Shown one piece after another: positions 27,716 to 37,156 of a stretch of 64,000 nucleotides of DNA. The stretch spans positions 2,242-66,241 of the forward strand of contig JAZUJH010000137.1 in assembly GCA_045642665.1 (NCBI GenBank), read 5' to 3'. The position numbers and the translations under genes were made by a program. The first letter of the stretch is position 1. Every line of letters starts with the position of its first letter. This DNA comes from Treponema sp. GTDB taxonomy: Bacteria > Spirochaetota > Spirochaetia > Treponematales > Treponemataceae. The notes beneath the pieces are model-generated. The model saw nothing but the letters and a program-made list of their open reading frames with translations, was not told the DNA's origin and did no database searches.

Positions 27716-29002
27716 TCAGACTGTTGCTGAAAAGGCTTTGGCCGGACTAAGATGAATAATCTTATTGAGCGTCAAGAACACAGACACCAAAGTTGCAGCG
27801 GAAATGCCTGCAAGTATGCAAACAGTTTTTATGAAACTGTAGTCCGGTGCAATTTTTCCTCCAATCAGGAACAGGTCAAAGGCCGGTATGAAAGAAAAAT
27901 TAAAGCAGCCTATAATTCCGCTTAAAATAAATGAAAATATAATTCCTATAATGAATCCGAAGACCAAAATAAGGAAGACTTCCGCAAAAAATAATTTAAC
28001 AACCCCCTTAGACTTTAAGCCAAGCGCGCGGAAAGTGCTTGTCTCAATAATTCGCTTAAGAATTACAACTCTGTAGGAGCATCCAATTCCTATTGCTACT
28101 ATTAGAACAAGCGGAATGATAATAAGATACACAATAAGTTTAAGGGCCTTTGTCATCATTACAACTTCAGGGCGGTTTGCATCCAGTGTTATAAGTCCGT
28201 AAATGTTTCCCTCATACATTCTTGGAGCTTCAGAGAAGAATTTGTCTTTGTTCTCAGGAATAGGTGCCATGGGAATCTTTCCGGAAAGTTTTTCCTGGAG
28301 AACTTCAAGCTGTTTGTTTGTGATGGAATTATTGTGAGTGTAAATTCCAAGCCTGTTTACATAATCTTCTGGATAGCCTGCAAGTTTGGTAAGGGAATTT
28401 ATATCAAGGTATGCGGTGTACATGCCGAACAGACTGGAATCCTGGAAAATTCCCAGCACTGTAAGTTTTAGCGTGTTGCTGTAACCGTATATTGTGTTTG
28501 TAAGAACAGTAACCGAATCTCCTGCATGAATACCAAGAAGCTTTGCGATAGGCTGGCTGAAAAGGATATAGTCCTCTGCATCTGAAAATTCTGCTCTTTC
28601 TGTGAAGGTGAAAACATCAAGAAGATTCTTTTCATCTTCAATGTTTATGCCCTTGAGAATCCTTGAAAGAGTTGTGGCTCCTTCAAAATAGAACTGTGTG
28701 TTTGCTCCGTCATAGTCAAATCTTTTATAGACTTCGGATTCAATTCCCATTTCTGAAAGGGTTTCTTTAATCAGCTGAACCTTTTCGTCCGGATTATCAA
28801 TTGCATAGATATTTCCGTTGGCCAGCTGCAGTTCTCCGCCATAATACTGCACGGCCTTTGTATTTAAGGCTTTGAGCATACCGTCGGAAACGGCGGTCAC
28901 GGCAAGGATTATGCATACAGAAACAGAACATACTGCAAAAAGAGAGATGTATTGTTTTCTTCTCTGTACAAGAGATTTTAGCGCGTATTTAAAATAGAAC
29001 AT
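27716..29002 (-). CDS. FtsX/LolE-like ABC permease
   Basis: N-terminal TM, periplasmic domain, RIIETSTFRALG, three C-terminal TMs. Confidence 0.85.
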   Translation of the reverse strand: MFYFKYALKSLVQRRKQYISLFAVCSVSVCIILAVTAVSDGMLKALNTKAVQYYGGELQLANGNIYAIDNPDEKVQLIKETLSEMGIESEVYKRFDYDGANTQFYFEGATTLSRILKGINIEDEKNLLDVFTFTERAEFSDAEDYILFSQPIAKLLGIHAGDSVTVLTNTIYGYSNTLKLTVLGIFQDSSLFGMYTAYLDINSLTKLAGYPEDYVNRLGIYTHNNSITNKQLEVLQEKLSGKIPMAPIPENKDKFFSEAPRMYEGNIYGLITLDANRPEVVMMTKALKLIVYLIIIPLVLIVAIGIGCSYRVVILKRIIETSTFRALGLKSKGVVKLFFAEVFLILVFGFIIGIIFSFILSGIIGCFNFSFIPAFDLFLIGGKIAPDYSFIKTVCILAGISAATLVSVFLTLNKIIHLSPAKAFSATV

Positions 29003-29010
29003 AGTTTCCT

Positions 29011-30465
29011 CTAGTTGTTTTTCTGCATTGCCACAACAGGGCTGACTTCCATGGAAATCTTAACCGGGTAAATCCAACCTATGATGCCCAAAATTACAGA
29101 AAGGAGCATGCATTTGATTATATTTGAAGCAGTTATGCTTGTTTTAAGAACTGTGCCACCAAAAATTTGGATGAGGTAAATGTTATCAAAAGTGATGCCA
29201 AAGGAATTCAGTATGGAATTAAAAATTATGCCCAGAATGCATCCAAGAATTCCTGCTGTAATTGTAAGCATCGAAGTTTCTGCAATGAACTGGGTAATGA
29301 TGAAACGTTTTCTTCCGCCGAGTGCTCTCAGGGTTCCTGTTTCACCGATTCTGTCTAAAGCTGAAATTGTAAGCGCGTTGTTTACAATAATGAAGCCTAC
29401 GCCAAGAAGAACTATGATACCTATTGTAAAGATGTTGTGAATCCAGTAAATGTACATGGCACTTAAACCTGCACTGCTTCTCCAGTTTACGGCCTGGACC
29501 TCAAGTCCATGTTTTCTGAAGGCCCTGTTAAGTTCTTTCATTGTATGCTTGACGGATGAACCGTCCTTGACTTTGCATACCAGGAAGTTCCATGATGTAC
29601 GCTCTCCGGAATCTTCTTCAGCTTCTGCATCCTGGCCTGCATTATCTGTTGCATAGTCTGCATCAATAATGATAGCTGAATCTGTTGTTTCACCAAAAAG
29701 ATTGTCAATATCAAATTCTTCAGAGGAGTCTGATATCAGGTCTTTCTGCATTGAATCTATGTTTTCGTTGTTTTCGATTGCAAGTGCAATGCCTGTAAGT
29801 TCTCTGAGCATATCCGGTGAAACAAGTACAATTTTATCAAGAACTTCATTTGTAATCTTGTATTCATAGATTCCTGTAATCGGAGCAGCTCTAAGTGAAT
29901 AACTTGAACCGCTCTTTGAAATCATCTGGATGTTTTCACCTACCTGATATTTTTTTCCAGTGTTTTCTGCCAGGTTTTTGATCATGGATGTAGAAAGCAT
30001 GACACCTTTTTCGTTTCCGTCAAAACTTCTGCCATCTATAATGTTTATGCCGCTCATTGTCTGCGTGTATATTTCTGCATTTACACCAAAAATTACGGCC
30101 GCGTCATGATGTCCTTCGGTGTTTATGGCTGCAATGCCGGTAAGCTGAGGAATTATGGTTGCAATATTATCGTTCTTTTCAACAGTCTCGAATACTTTTT
30201 TATAAGGAATGAGCTGCGGTATTGTAGAAAAACTTCCTGTTGCAGGGGTTTCATCTCCCAGGAGACTTAATGGAAAGTCTGCTTTAGGACGTATAACAAT
30301 GTCTCCTGTAAAACTGTTTACGAAAGTTTCTTCGATACCTTTCCCTGTCCCGTCAAAAAAAGCATTTGAAACAACCAGCAGTGATATGGCAAATGCTATG
30401 AAGAGAATGATGGCTAGGGAACTTTTTCTGCTTATTACATTCTTGAACGCCAAATAAAAAGCCAT
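29011..30465 (-). CDS. FtsX/LolC-like ABC permease with an acidic periplasmic insert
   Basis: RIGETGTLRALGG, 1+3 TM topology. Confidence 0.85.
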   Translation of the reverse strand: MAFYLAFKNVISRKSSLAIILFIAFAISLLVVSNAFFDGTGKGIEETFVNSFTGDIVIRPKADFPLSLLGDETPATGSFSTIPQLIPYKKVFETVEKNDNIATIIPQLTGIAAINTEGHHDAAVIFGVNAEIYTQTMSGINIIDGRSFDGNEKGVMLSTSMIKNLAENTGKKYQVGENIQMISKSGSSYSLRAAPITGIYEYKITNEVLDKIVLVSPDMLRELTGIALAIENNENIDSMQKDLISDSSEEFDIDNLFGETTDSAIIIDADYATDNAGQDAEAEEDSGERTSWNFLVCKVKDGSSVKHTMKELNRAFRKHGLEVQAVNWRSSAGLSAMYIYWIHNIFTIGIIVLLGVGFIIVNNALTISALDRIGETGTLRALGGRKRFIITQFIAETSMLTITAGILGCILGIIFNSILNSFGITFDNIYLIQIFGGTVLKTSITASNIIKCMLLSVILGIIGWIYPVKISMEVSPVVAMQKNN

Positions 30466-30469
30466 AATA

Positions 30470-31366
30470 TTATTTCCTGCTCCATGCTTCCTGTATTATT
30501 TTACTGGCCTTCGGATCTTTTTTTATATTTTCTATAGCATTTCTAAGGAATGCAATGAAGATTGCAAAAAAGAATCCTGCCAGGGTTATGATAATAATTT
30601 TTTTCAGGCTTGATTTTTTTGCTGGTCTTTCAACCAGTTCAAAAGGATCTTCGTCAAGTGTAATGAACTGTGCGCAGGAATCCTTGATGCCGTTCAGTTC
30701 GGACTGTGTTTGCAGGAGGCCTGATAAGTCTGATTTGTTGTCCGGGTCAGAGATTTTCTGCTTTGAAATAAGATCGCTGATGCCTGCCAGGATAGGATTT
30801 ATTGTTTCATTCACTTGGGAATTTGTCATTTCAATGCAGGAGCTGATATATTCAGCTATGAATTTTCTGTAGTCATCCATCCGGTTTTCAGGAAGCTTTG
30901 CAACTATGTAGAAATTCAAAGGATTATCAGAGATAATATAAAAATTTTTCTGGTCTGCAGGGATTTCTTTTTTAAAGAAATTATTAATTATTTCGTTGTT
31001 CCTAAGGTCCGAAGAGCTTTTGTCAGTGAAGATATTGTATTTTTTTTCAATTCTTGCGAAATTGAATTTGTCGTTCAAATTGTTCAGGGTCATTCGAGAA
31101 ACGCTGCTGCCTATGAAGTCTGAAAGCTTTTGAGGAGTCTGTGTTATTTTCAGGGAATATGTTACTGAAAGTGTATCTACTGCCGGCATACTGTTTTTTG
31201 GTGGCCTGCTGCTGATAAAAAAATACGTACAGCTGGAAACAAGGAAAATGAGTACAGTGATTAAGATGGATTTTCTGTATCGTATGAGCACTGCAAGTAA
31301 ATCGATAAGTGAAATTTCATTTTCATTGCCGGCATTAAGTGTTACATTAGATTCAATTTCATTCAT
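30470..31366 (-). CDS. Wzz-like polysaccharide co-polymerase (chain-length determinant)
   Basis: EISLIDLLAVLIRYRKSIL N-terminal motif; two TMs flanking a periplasmic region. Confidence 0.7.
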   Translation of the reverse strand: MNEIESNVTLNAGNENEISLIDLLAVLIRYRKSILITVLIFLVSSCTYFFISSRPPKNSMPAVDTLSVTYSLKITQTPQKLSDFIGSSVSRMTLNNLNDKFNFARIEKKYNIFTDKSSSDLRNNEIINNFFKKEIPADQKNFYIISDNPLNFYIVAKLPENRMDDYRKFIAEYISSCIEMTNSQVNETINPILAGISDLISKQKISDPDNKSDLSGLLQTQSELNGIKDSCAQFITLDEDPFELVERPAKKSSLKKIIIITLAGFFFAIFIAFLRNAIENIKKDPKASKIIQEAWSRK

Positions 31367-31478
31367 AGCACATAAATTATATCTAAAATGGAAAAAAAAT
31401 CAACATACGGATGCTTTGTTGGCGTGGCACATTTGTTTGCCTGGTCTGTGAATAAAAATTTAAACAAATTGTTGTTGG

Positions 31479-31507
31479 TTGATTTAATCGGGGAAATAGC
31501 TTATACT
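31479..31507 (+). promoter_or_regulatory. Promoter TTGATT-N17-TATACT for wecA
   Basis: Read directly. Confidence 0.5.
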
Positions 31508-31544
31508 TAGAGAGCTTGGTTTATAAAGATGTTGGGATTCTGAA

Positions 31545-32606
31545 ATGTATGTTTCAATCGTATTAGCTTTCGTTATTTCTGTGGTCCTTGAGCCGCTTGT
31601 TATATTGTTCTGTAAAAAAAAGTCTGTTTATGATTCCACTAATGACCGGAAGATTCATAGCGGAAATATTCCCCGGTTAGGTTCAGTTGGATTTATGACA
31701 GCTTTTTGTCTTGCGAGTGTTTGCTATTTTCTTATTGATAAAGATATTAGTTGCGTTCGGTTTGTGCCTGTCATTATCGGAGGGATGGTTATTTTTCTTT
31801 TCGGTTTTATTGATGATGTTAAGGAACTTGACGGCAAAATAAAGCTTCTTTTTCAGTCAATTGCAGCTTTCATAACGATTTTTACAGGTTTCCGTTTTAC
31901 GCATGTAGGTCCTGTCGGTCTTGGTTATTTTTCGTATGTGCTGACTTATTGCTGGATCATCGGCATGGTTAATTCCTTTAATCTTATTGACGGACATGAC
32001 GGGCTTTGCGGAGGTCTGTCTTTCCTGATTGCTTTGGGCATTGCCGCATGTACAGGCAGAAAATCTCCCGCTGTAGTTGCGGAATGTCTTATTCTTGCTG
32101 CATCTCTGTTAGGTTTCCTTGTCTACAACAAACCTAAGGCAAAGATTTTTATGGGGGACGGAGGTTCACAGACTTTAGGTTATCTTATTGCTGTAATTCC
32201 GCTTTATACAGCTGATAATGCTTTTCATAGTACAAAGTTCTGGGGAATTATCCTTTTGTGTTCAATTCCTTTGCTTGATACTGTGGCTGCAATGTGGCGC
32301 AGAATAAGAGAGCATCGTTCATTTTTTTCTCCGGACAGAGCTCATCTTCATCACAAGCTTATGAATCTGGGATTCGGGCCCTGGCCGCTTCTTATTTTTC
32401 TTTATTCCATTCAGATCGGAATTGATGCTGCCGTTTTTGCATGTTCCCGTACATGCGGATGGATTTCCTTTGTAATTTATTTTGCTGCCGTAATATTTAT
32501 TTTAGCTTTCTACTGTTCAATTCATTACATGAACCGCGCTGTTCTTAGAAGAAAGCATCTGGATTTTAACGGAAAACCTGTAGGTGACATCCTGGATGTT
32601 ATGTAA
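31545..32606 (+). CDS. wecA: Undecaprenyl-phosphate GlcNAc-1-phosphate transferase (WecA/TagO, MraY family)
   Basis: RKIHSGNIPRLG, GFIDD, NSFNLIDGHDGL, IFMGDGGS, FFSPDRAHLHH. Confidence 0.88.
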   Translation: MYVSIVLAFVISVVLEPLVILFCKKKSVYDSTNDRKIHSGNIPRLGSVGFMTAFCLASVCYFLIDKDISCVRFVPVIIGGMVIFLFGFIDDVKELDGKIKLLFQSIAAFITIFTGFRFTHVGPVGLGYFSYVLTYCWIIGMVNSFNLIDGHDGLCGGLSFLIALGIAACTGRKSPAVVAECLILAASLLGFLVYNKPKAKIFMGDGGSQTLGYLIAVIPLYTADNAFHSTKFWGIILLCSIPLLDTVAAMWRRIREHRSFFSPDRAHLHHKLMNLGFGPWPLLIFLYSIQIGIDAAVFACSRTCGWISFVIYFAAVIFILAFYCSIHYMNRAVLRRKHLDFNGKPVGDILDVM

Positions 32607-32615
32607 ACTTATTTA

Positions 32616-32644
32616 TTGCGAAAATTTATAATGTGCATTATACT
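32616..32644 (+). promoter_or_regulatory. Promoter TTGCGA-N17-TATACT upstream of element B and the sensor operon
   Basis: Read directly. Confidence 0.5.
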
Positions 32645-32663
32645 TAAAGACTACGAAAACATA

Positions 32664-32782
32664 AGGGCATCTTAAAAAGACTTTTCAGAGATGCCTGTAA
32701 GTTTTAATCCTTGAAATTACAAGTCTTGAGGCATTATGTTTTCAAAGTTGTCTCTAAGATTTGGAATTTTTAGGGATTCCCA
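32664..32782 (+). repeat. Family-B element, full copy
   Basis: AGGGCATCTT...AGAGATGCC-TGTAAGTTTTAATCCTTGAAATTACAAG...AATTTTTAGGGATTCCC. Confidence 0.85.
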
Positions 32783-32798
32783 TAAAAAGTTTGGTATA

Positions 32799-33836
32799 AT
32801 GCATAATTTTTTTTATTTTATCAGAACCGTTAAATTTTTTTCTCTTTTTCTGCTGACTTTTGTGGCTGTGTTTTCTTTTATTTCTTGTTCATTAAAAAAA
32901 CAAAATCAAATTGCAGAGGCTGAACTTTCGGAAAAATCTCCTCTGATTATTGGGTTTTCGCAGATCGGGTCGGAAAGTGCCTGGCGCAAGCAGAATACCC
33001 GTTCAGTTCTGTCTGCTGCAGAGAAGAATGGAATACAGGTTGTTTTTTCCGATGCACAGCTAAAACAGTCAAACCAGATCAGAGCAATCCGTTCCTTTAT
33101 TTTGAACCAGGTAGATGTAATCGTTTTTGTACCCCTTGTTGAGAATGGCTGGGAAGATGTTCTTGGAGAAGCAAAAGAAGCAGATATTCCTGTAATAATT
33201 CTGGACAGAAAACTGAAGGTAAGGGATGACAGTCTGTATGCCGGATATCTTGGTCAGGAAGGTTATGAGGAAGGAGTCCGTGCTGCTAAATTCCTTGTAG
33301 AAAAATTTTCGGATACCGAAGAGAAGGTTAATATAATTCAGTTGAAGGGAACTGAAAATTCTTCAGTCACTCAGGAACGGAACAAGGGGTTCAGGGAAGT
33401 TCTTAAGGATTATCCCAAGTTTGAAATTATTTATGAAGAGTATGGTGATTTTCTGCGTTCCAGGGGCGAAGAAATAATCAGGCAGATTATTTTCTATAAC
33501 GGTGGCCTTAAAATAGGAAACAAGAAAATAGATGTAATTTTTTCGCAGAATGATGCAATGACTTTAGGAGCTCTTGATGTTCTCAAGAAAAATGAAATCA
33601 GTGCTGGCCATGATGTTGTAATAGTTACAGTTGATGCTGAACAGAAAATAATTGATGAATTAAAAAATAAGAATGTTAATTGCGTTGTTGAATGTAATCC
33701 TAATTCAGGTGAAAAACTTATGGAACTTGTTCAGCAGGTTGCTGAGGGCAAGGAAATTCCTAAGATTACTTACATAGAAGAAAAAGTTTTCTACGAAGGT
33801 GCTGATTTGAATTATATTCCGCCGCGTGGATACTGA
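32799..33836 (+). CDS. Sugar-binding lipoprotein (YtfQ-like), probably a dedicated sensor subunit; start uncertain
   Basis: Lipobox FIS-C; GFSQIGSESAWR, PVIILDR, SQNDAMTLGA, VECNP. Overlaps the kinase start. Confidence 0.85.
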   Translation: MHNFFYFIRTVKFFSLFLLTFVAVFSFISCSLKKQNQIAEAELSEKSPLIIGFSQIGSESAWRKQNTRSVLSAAEKNGIQVVFSDAQLKQSNQIRAIRSFILNQVDVIVFVPLVENGWEDVLGEAKEADIPVIILDRKLKVRDDSLYAGYLGQEGYEEGVRAAKFLVEKFSDTEEKVNIIQLKGTENSSVTQERNKGFREVLKDYPKFEIIYEEYGDFLRSRGEEIIRQIIFYNGGLKIGNKKIDVIFSQNDAMTLGALDVLKKNEISAGHDVVIVTVDAEQKIIDELKNKNVNCVVECNPNSGEKLMELVQQVAEGKEIPKITYIEEKVFYEGADLNYIPPRGY

Positions 33837-35304
33837 AATGAAAAACAGAAAACCAAAAAGTTTATACAGACGGATAATGTTATCCTATACAGCAATTGTT
33901 GTTGTACTGATTATTCCTACAGTCTTTGCCTTTACAGTTTCACATCTTTATAACCAGCGTTATGACGCCATCATAACTAATGTTAGTGACGCCAACACAA
34001 TTATGCGCATTGCGAAGGAAGAAATTTCCATAGAACTTTGGGATATTGTTGCAGGAACCATTTCTCTTGAAAACGGAAAGTATCAGGAAATGCTTAATGA
34101 AATATCAAGCGGAATTGACAGGCTTATGCTTAGGACTGCAACTGAAAATAATCGTCAGAGACTTGAAGTTGCCAAGCGTACATTTCTTTCTCTTGAAAAA
34201 AGAATCAGCTCGCTTGAAAAGCAGATAACGGAAGGCTCAAGAGTCAGCAGCAATGAAAAAGTTCTCGATGAAATCCGCGATATTGCATCCCTTCTTTCTG
34301 AGGTTCTCCAGGAATTTATTGTTGAGGAAATTGAAAGTGCCTCGCAGACTAACGGCGCAATCCAGACTCTTTCCATGTGGCTCACTGTAATTCAGATTAT
34401 TATTTTTCTGATTGTCATAAGTGTTTCCATAATAAATATTTTTTCAATTTATATTTCAATTGAAGATCCGATTACGCAGATGAAAAATCTTTCTACACAG
34501 ATTGCAAGCGGAAATCTCTCTGCAAGACTCTCGTCGCCGTCTCTCATGGAGTTTAACACTCTTGCAGAGAACCTGAATACAATGGCAGTTAAAATTGATG
34601 ATCTTATAAAGGAAAACATTGAGGAACAGAAAAATCTTCAGAAGGCAGAAATGAAGGCTCTGCAGGCTCAAATTTCCCCTCACTTTCTGTATAACACTTT
34701 CGATACAATTATCTGGCTTGCGGAGGAAGAAAAAATTGATGAGGTTGTGAAAGTTACAAGAGCTTTCTCTGATTTTCTGCGCATCAGTCTTAGCCGTGGC
34801 CATGAATGGATTACCGTTCAGCAGGAAGTTGATCACGTGCGGAATTATCTTACTGTCCAGAAAATCCGTTATGCGGAGATTCTCAATTATGAAATTGAAG
34901 TTGATGAAAATCTGAATGAATATTTGATGCTGAAGCTTAGTCTGCAGCCGCTGATTGAAAATGCAATTTATCATGGGATTAAGAATAAAAGAGGAAGAGG
35001 TCATCTTAAACTTTGTGCAGGATTTTCTGATAAAAACAAAAGCAGAATCAGATTTTCCGTATCAGATGACGGAGCAGGTTTTACAGAAGAAAGAATGGAG
35101 CAGGTGATTGCAGAACTGAAAAAAAACATGAGAAGTGCCGAGACTCTTACAAGTGTTTACGGTCTTTATAATGTGAACAACCGTCTGATTTTATACTTCA
35201 ATAATGAAACTGACGGTCTGCATATTGAAAGTGAAAAAAATAAAGGTACTGAAGTCTGGTTTGAAGTGCCTGCACAATTGAAATTGGAAGAGAGCAATGT
35301 ATAG
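33826..35304 (+). CDS. YesM/LytS-like sensor histidine kinase
   Basis: 2 TM plus HAMP; LQAQISPHFLYNTF, LQPLIENAIYHG, DDGAG, GLYNVNNRL. Alternative start ATG 33838. Confidence 0.92.
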   Translation: MDTEMKNRKPKSLYRRIMLSYTAIVVVLIIPTVFAFTVSHLYNQRYDAIITNVSDANTIMRIAKEEISIELWDIVAGTISLENGKYQEMLNEISSGIDRLMLRTATENNRQRLEVAKRTFLSLEKRISSLEKQITEGSRVSSNEKVLDEIRDIASLLSEVLQEFIVEEIESASQTNGAIQTLSMWLTVIQIIIFLIVISVSIINIFSIYISIEDPITQMKNLSTQIASGNLSARLSSPSLMEFNTLAENLNTMAVKIDDLIKENIEEQKNLQKAEMKALQAQISPHFLYNTFDTIIWLAEEEKIDEVVKVTRAFSDFLRISLSRGHEWITVQQEVDHVRNYLTVQKIRYAEILNYEIEVDENLNEYLMLKLSLQPLIENAIYHGIKNKRGRGHLKLCAGFSDKNKSRIRFSVSDDGAGFTEERMEQVIAELKKNMRSAETLTSVYGLYNVNNRLILYFNNETDGLHIESEKNKGTEVWFEVPAQLKLEESNV

Positions 35305-36871
35305 TGTATTTATAGTTGATGATGAGCAGATAGTTCTTGAGGGAATCAGAAATAAAATTGACTGGGACAATTCTGATTTTACATTTGCCGGTGAGGCGAC
35401 TGACGGTGAAATTGCATTGTCCATGATTCAGGAAGTCAAACCTGATATTCTGATTACAGACATCAAGATGCCTTTCTTAGACGGTCTTGAGCTTTCGAGG
35501 ATATTAAAAAAAATACAGCCCTGGATTCGCATTATAATTTTATCAGGCCATGATGAATTTGATTATGCAAAGAAGGCAATCTCCATTGGAGTCGAGGATT
35601 ATATTTTAAAACCCTTTACTGGAGAGGAAATTCTTCGCAGCCTTAAAAAAATTTCTGCATCACTTGATGTTGAAAAAAAACAGTTCACAGATATGAATAA
35701 ACTTAAGGAGGAGCTTGAGTCAAATTCAAATTTACGGAGAAGCAATTTCCTGACGGATGTTGTTTTGGGTACAACAGATTTTTCAACAGTTGTTGGTGCC
35801 GCCGAGGAATTTGGAATAAATCTTCTTTCGCATTTCTATAAGATAATTATTTCTGATATAAGGCACAGTGAAAATCGTTTTGAGGATATGCATACTGTCC
35901 GTTCAAAACTTGTTATGCGTTTAAAGAATCAGAGCGAGTGTCTTTCATTTTTTATCGGCCCCCAGAAACTTGTTTCCATTTTGCTGAACAATTCGGAAAC
36001 TGATATTGTCGATGCAGCCTATAATCTTACAGAAACAATAGAACATCTTGTATGTGAGAGCGAAGGATATTTTGTTGTTTCGTCAATGGGAAAAACTGTT
36101 GAGCACATTGCAAATATTTCTGCTTCTTACAGTGAAGCGGAACAGATGCAGCATATTACCTATGAGTTCAAATCGTCCAGGGTAATTGATTCCGATGATA
36201 TGAGAAAATCAGATTCCTCTGTGCTGAATCTTGATGAAACGGATTCTCTTGCTGACAGACTTAAATTTGCAAACTCAAATGACATTGATGATATTGTAAA
36301 TTATTATGCAAATTCTTTAAGTGATAATCCTGTTCATTTTACTATAGTCGGATCCTATCTGTTTGTAAACATGATTATGTCTGTTTCAAAGTTTATTGAA
36401 TCCTTGGGCGGTGATGTAAACGAAATTCTTCCGCAGCTTCACAGTCATGCTTACATTGAAGAGTCTGTCAAGAACAGGGATGTGTTTCTTTCAAATATCC
36501 GTATGATTATTGAGACCGTGCTGAAGTTCCGTGATAAAAGCATTCAGGGGCGATATTCTGATGTCATATTAAAGGCCAAGGATTATATTCAGAAAAATTA
36601 TGCAAGCCAGGATACTTGTCTTCGGCTTGTTGCCGAAGAAGTTCACCTGAGTCCCAATCATTTCAGTACAATTTTTTCTCAGGAGTGCGGCACAACTTTT
36701 ATTGAGTATCTTACTAATGTTCGTGTTGAAGCAGCAAAAAAACTTCTGAAGGAAACAGAAATGAAGGGCGCTGATATTGCATACGAATGTGGTTTCAGTG
36801 ATCCTCATTACTTCAGTTTCATCTTCAAAAAAACAACGGGAGTTTCTCCGCGTGAATACAAGGTTATGTAG
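35297..36871 (+). CDS. YesN-like response regulator (REC plus AraC HTH)
   Basis: IVDDE, ITDIKMP, YILKP; HLSPNHFS...GFSDPHYFSFIFKKTTGVSPREY. Confidence 0.93.
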   Translation: MYSVFIVDDEQIVLEGIRNKIDWDNSDFTFAGEATDGEIALSMIQEVKPDILITDIKMPFLDGLELSRILKKIQPWIRIIILSGHDEFDYAKKAISIGVEDYILKPFTGEEILRSLKKISASLDVEKKQFTDMNKLKEELESNSNLRRSNFLTDVVLGTTDFSTVVGAAEEFGINLLSHFYKIIISDIRHSENRFEDMHTVRSKLVMRLKNQSECLSFFIGPQKLVSILLNNSETDIVDAAYNLTETIEHLVCESEGYFVVSSMGKTVEHIANISASYSEAEQMQHITYEFKSSRVIDSDDMRKSDSSVLNLDETDSLADRLKFANSNDIDDIVNYYANSLSDNPVHFTIVGSYLFVNMIMSVSKFIESLGGDVNEILPQLHSHAYIEESVKNRDVFLSNIRMIIETVLKFRDKSIQGRYSDVILKAKDYIQKNYASQDTCLRLVAEEVHLSPNHFSTIFSQECGTTFIEYLTNVRVEAAKKLLKETEMKGADIAYECGFSDPHYFSFIFKKTTGVSPREYKVM

Positions 36872-36942
36872 CTGAATATTTTTTTATTTTAATTTTTATA
36901 TTAGGTAAGCTCTAGAATTTGCATTTTTTAGAGATGACTATA

Positions 36943-37063
36943 GGGAACCTCTAAAAACTTCAGTTTTTTAGAGGCAACATTAGAAATGTGATGTTTAAAA
37001 CCGAGCCGATTCAGCGGTTTTAAACTCGACGGTGCACCTCGATTAGGGTTTATAGAGGTGTCC
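36943..37063 (+). mobile_element. Family-C MITE-like element, copy 1 (121 bp), TA on both sides
   Basis: Termini GGGAACCTCT...AGAGGTGTCC; 12 mismatches against copy 2 by manual alignment; preceded by a family-A hairpin (36903-36938). Confidence 0.8.
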
Positions 37064-37156
37064 TAAAATAAATAAAAGTGGCTTAGCGGAAAGAATTTTG
37101 TTAAACCACTTTTATTTGTTTGACGGAAAGTTTTAAAACTTCTGTTTTACTTTCCC

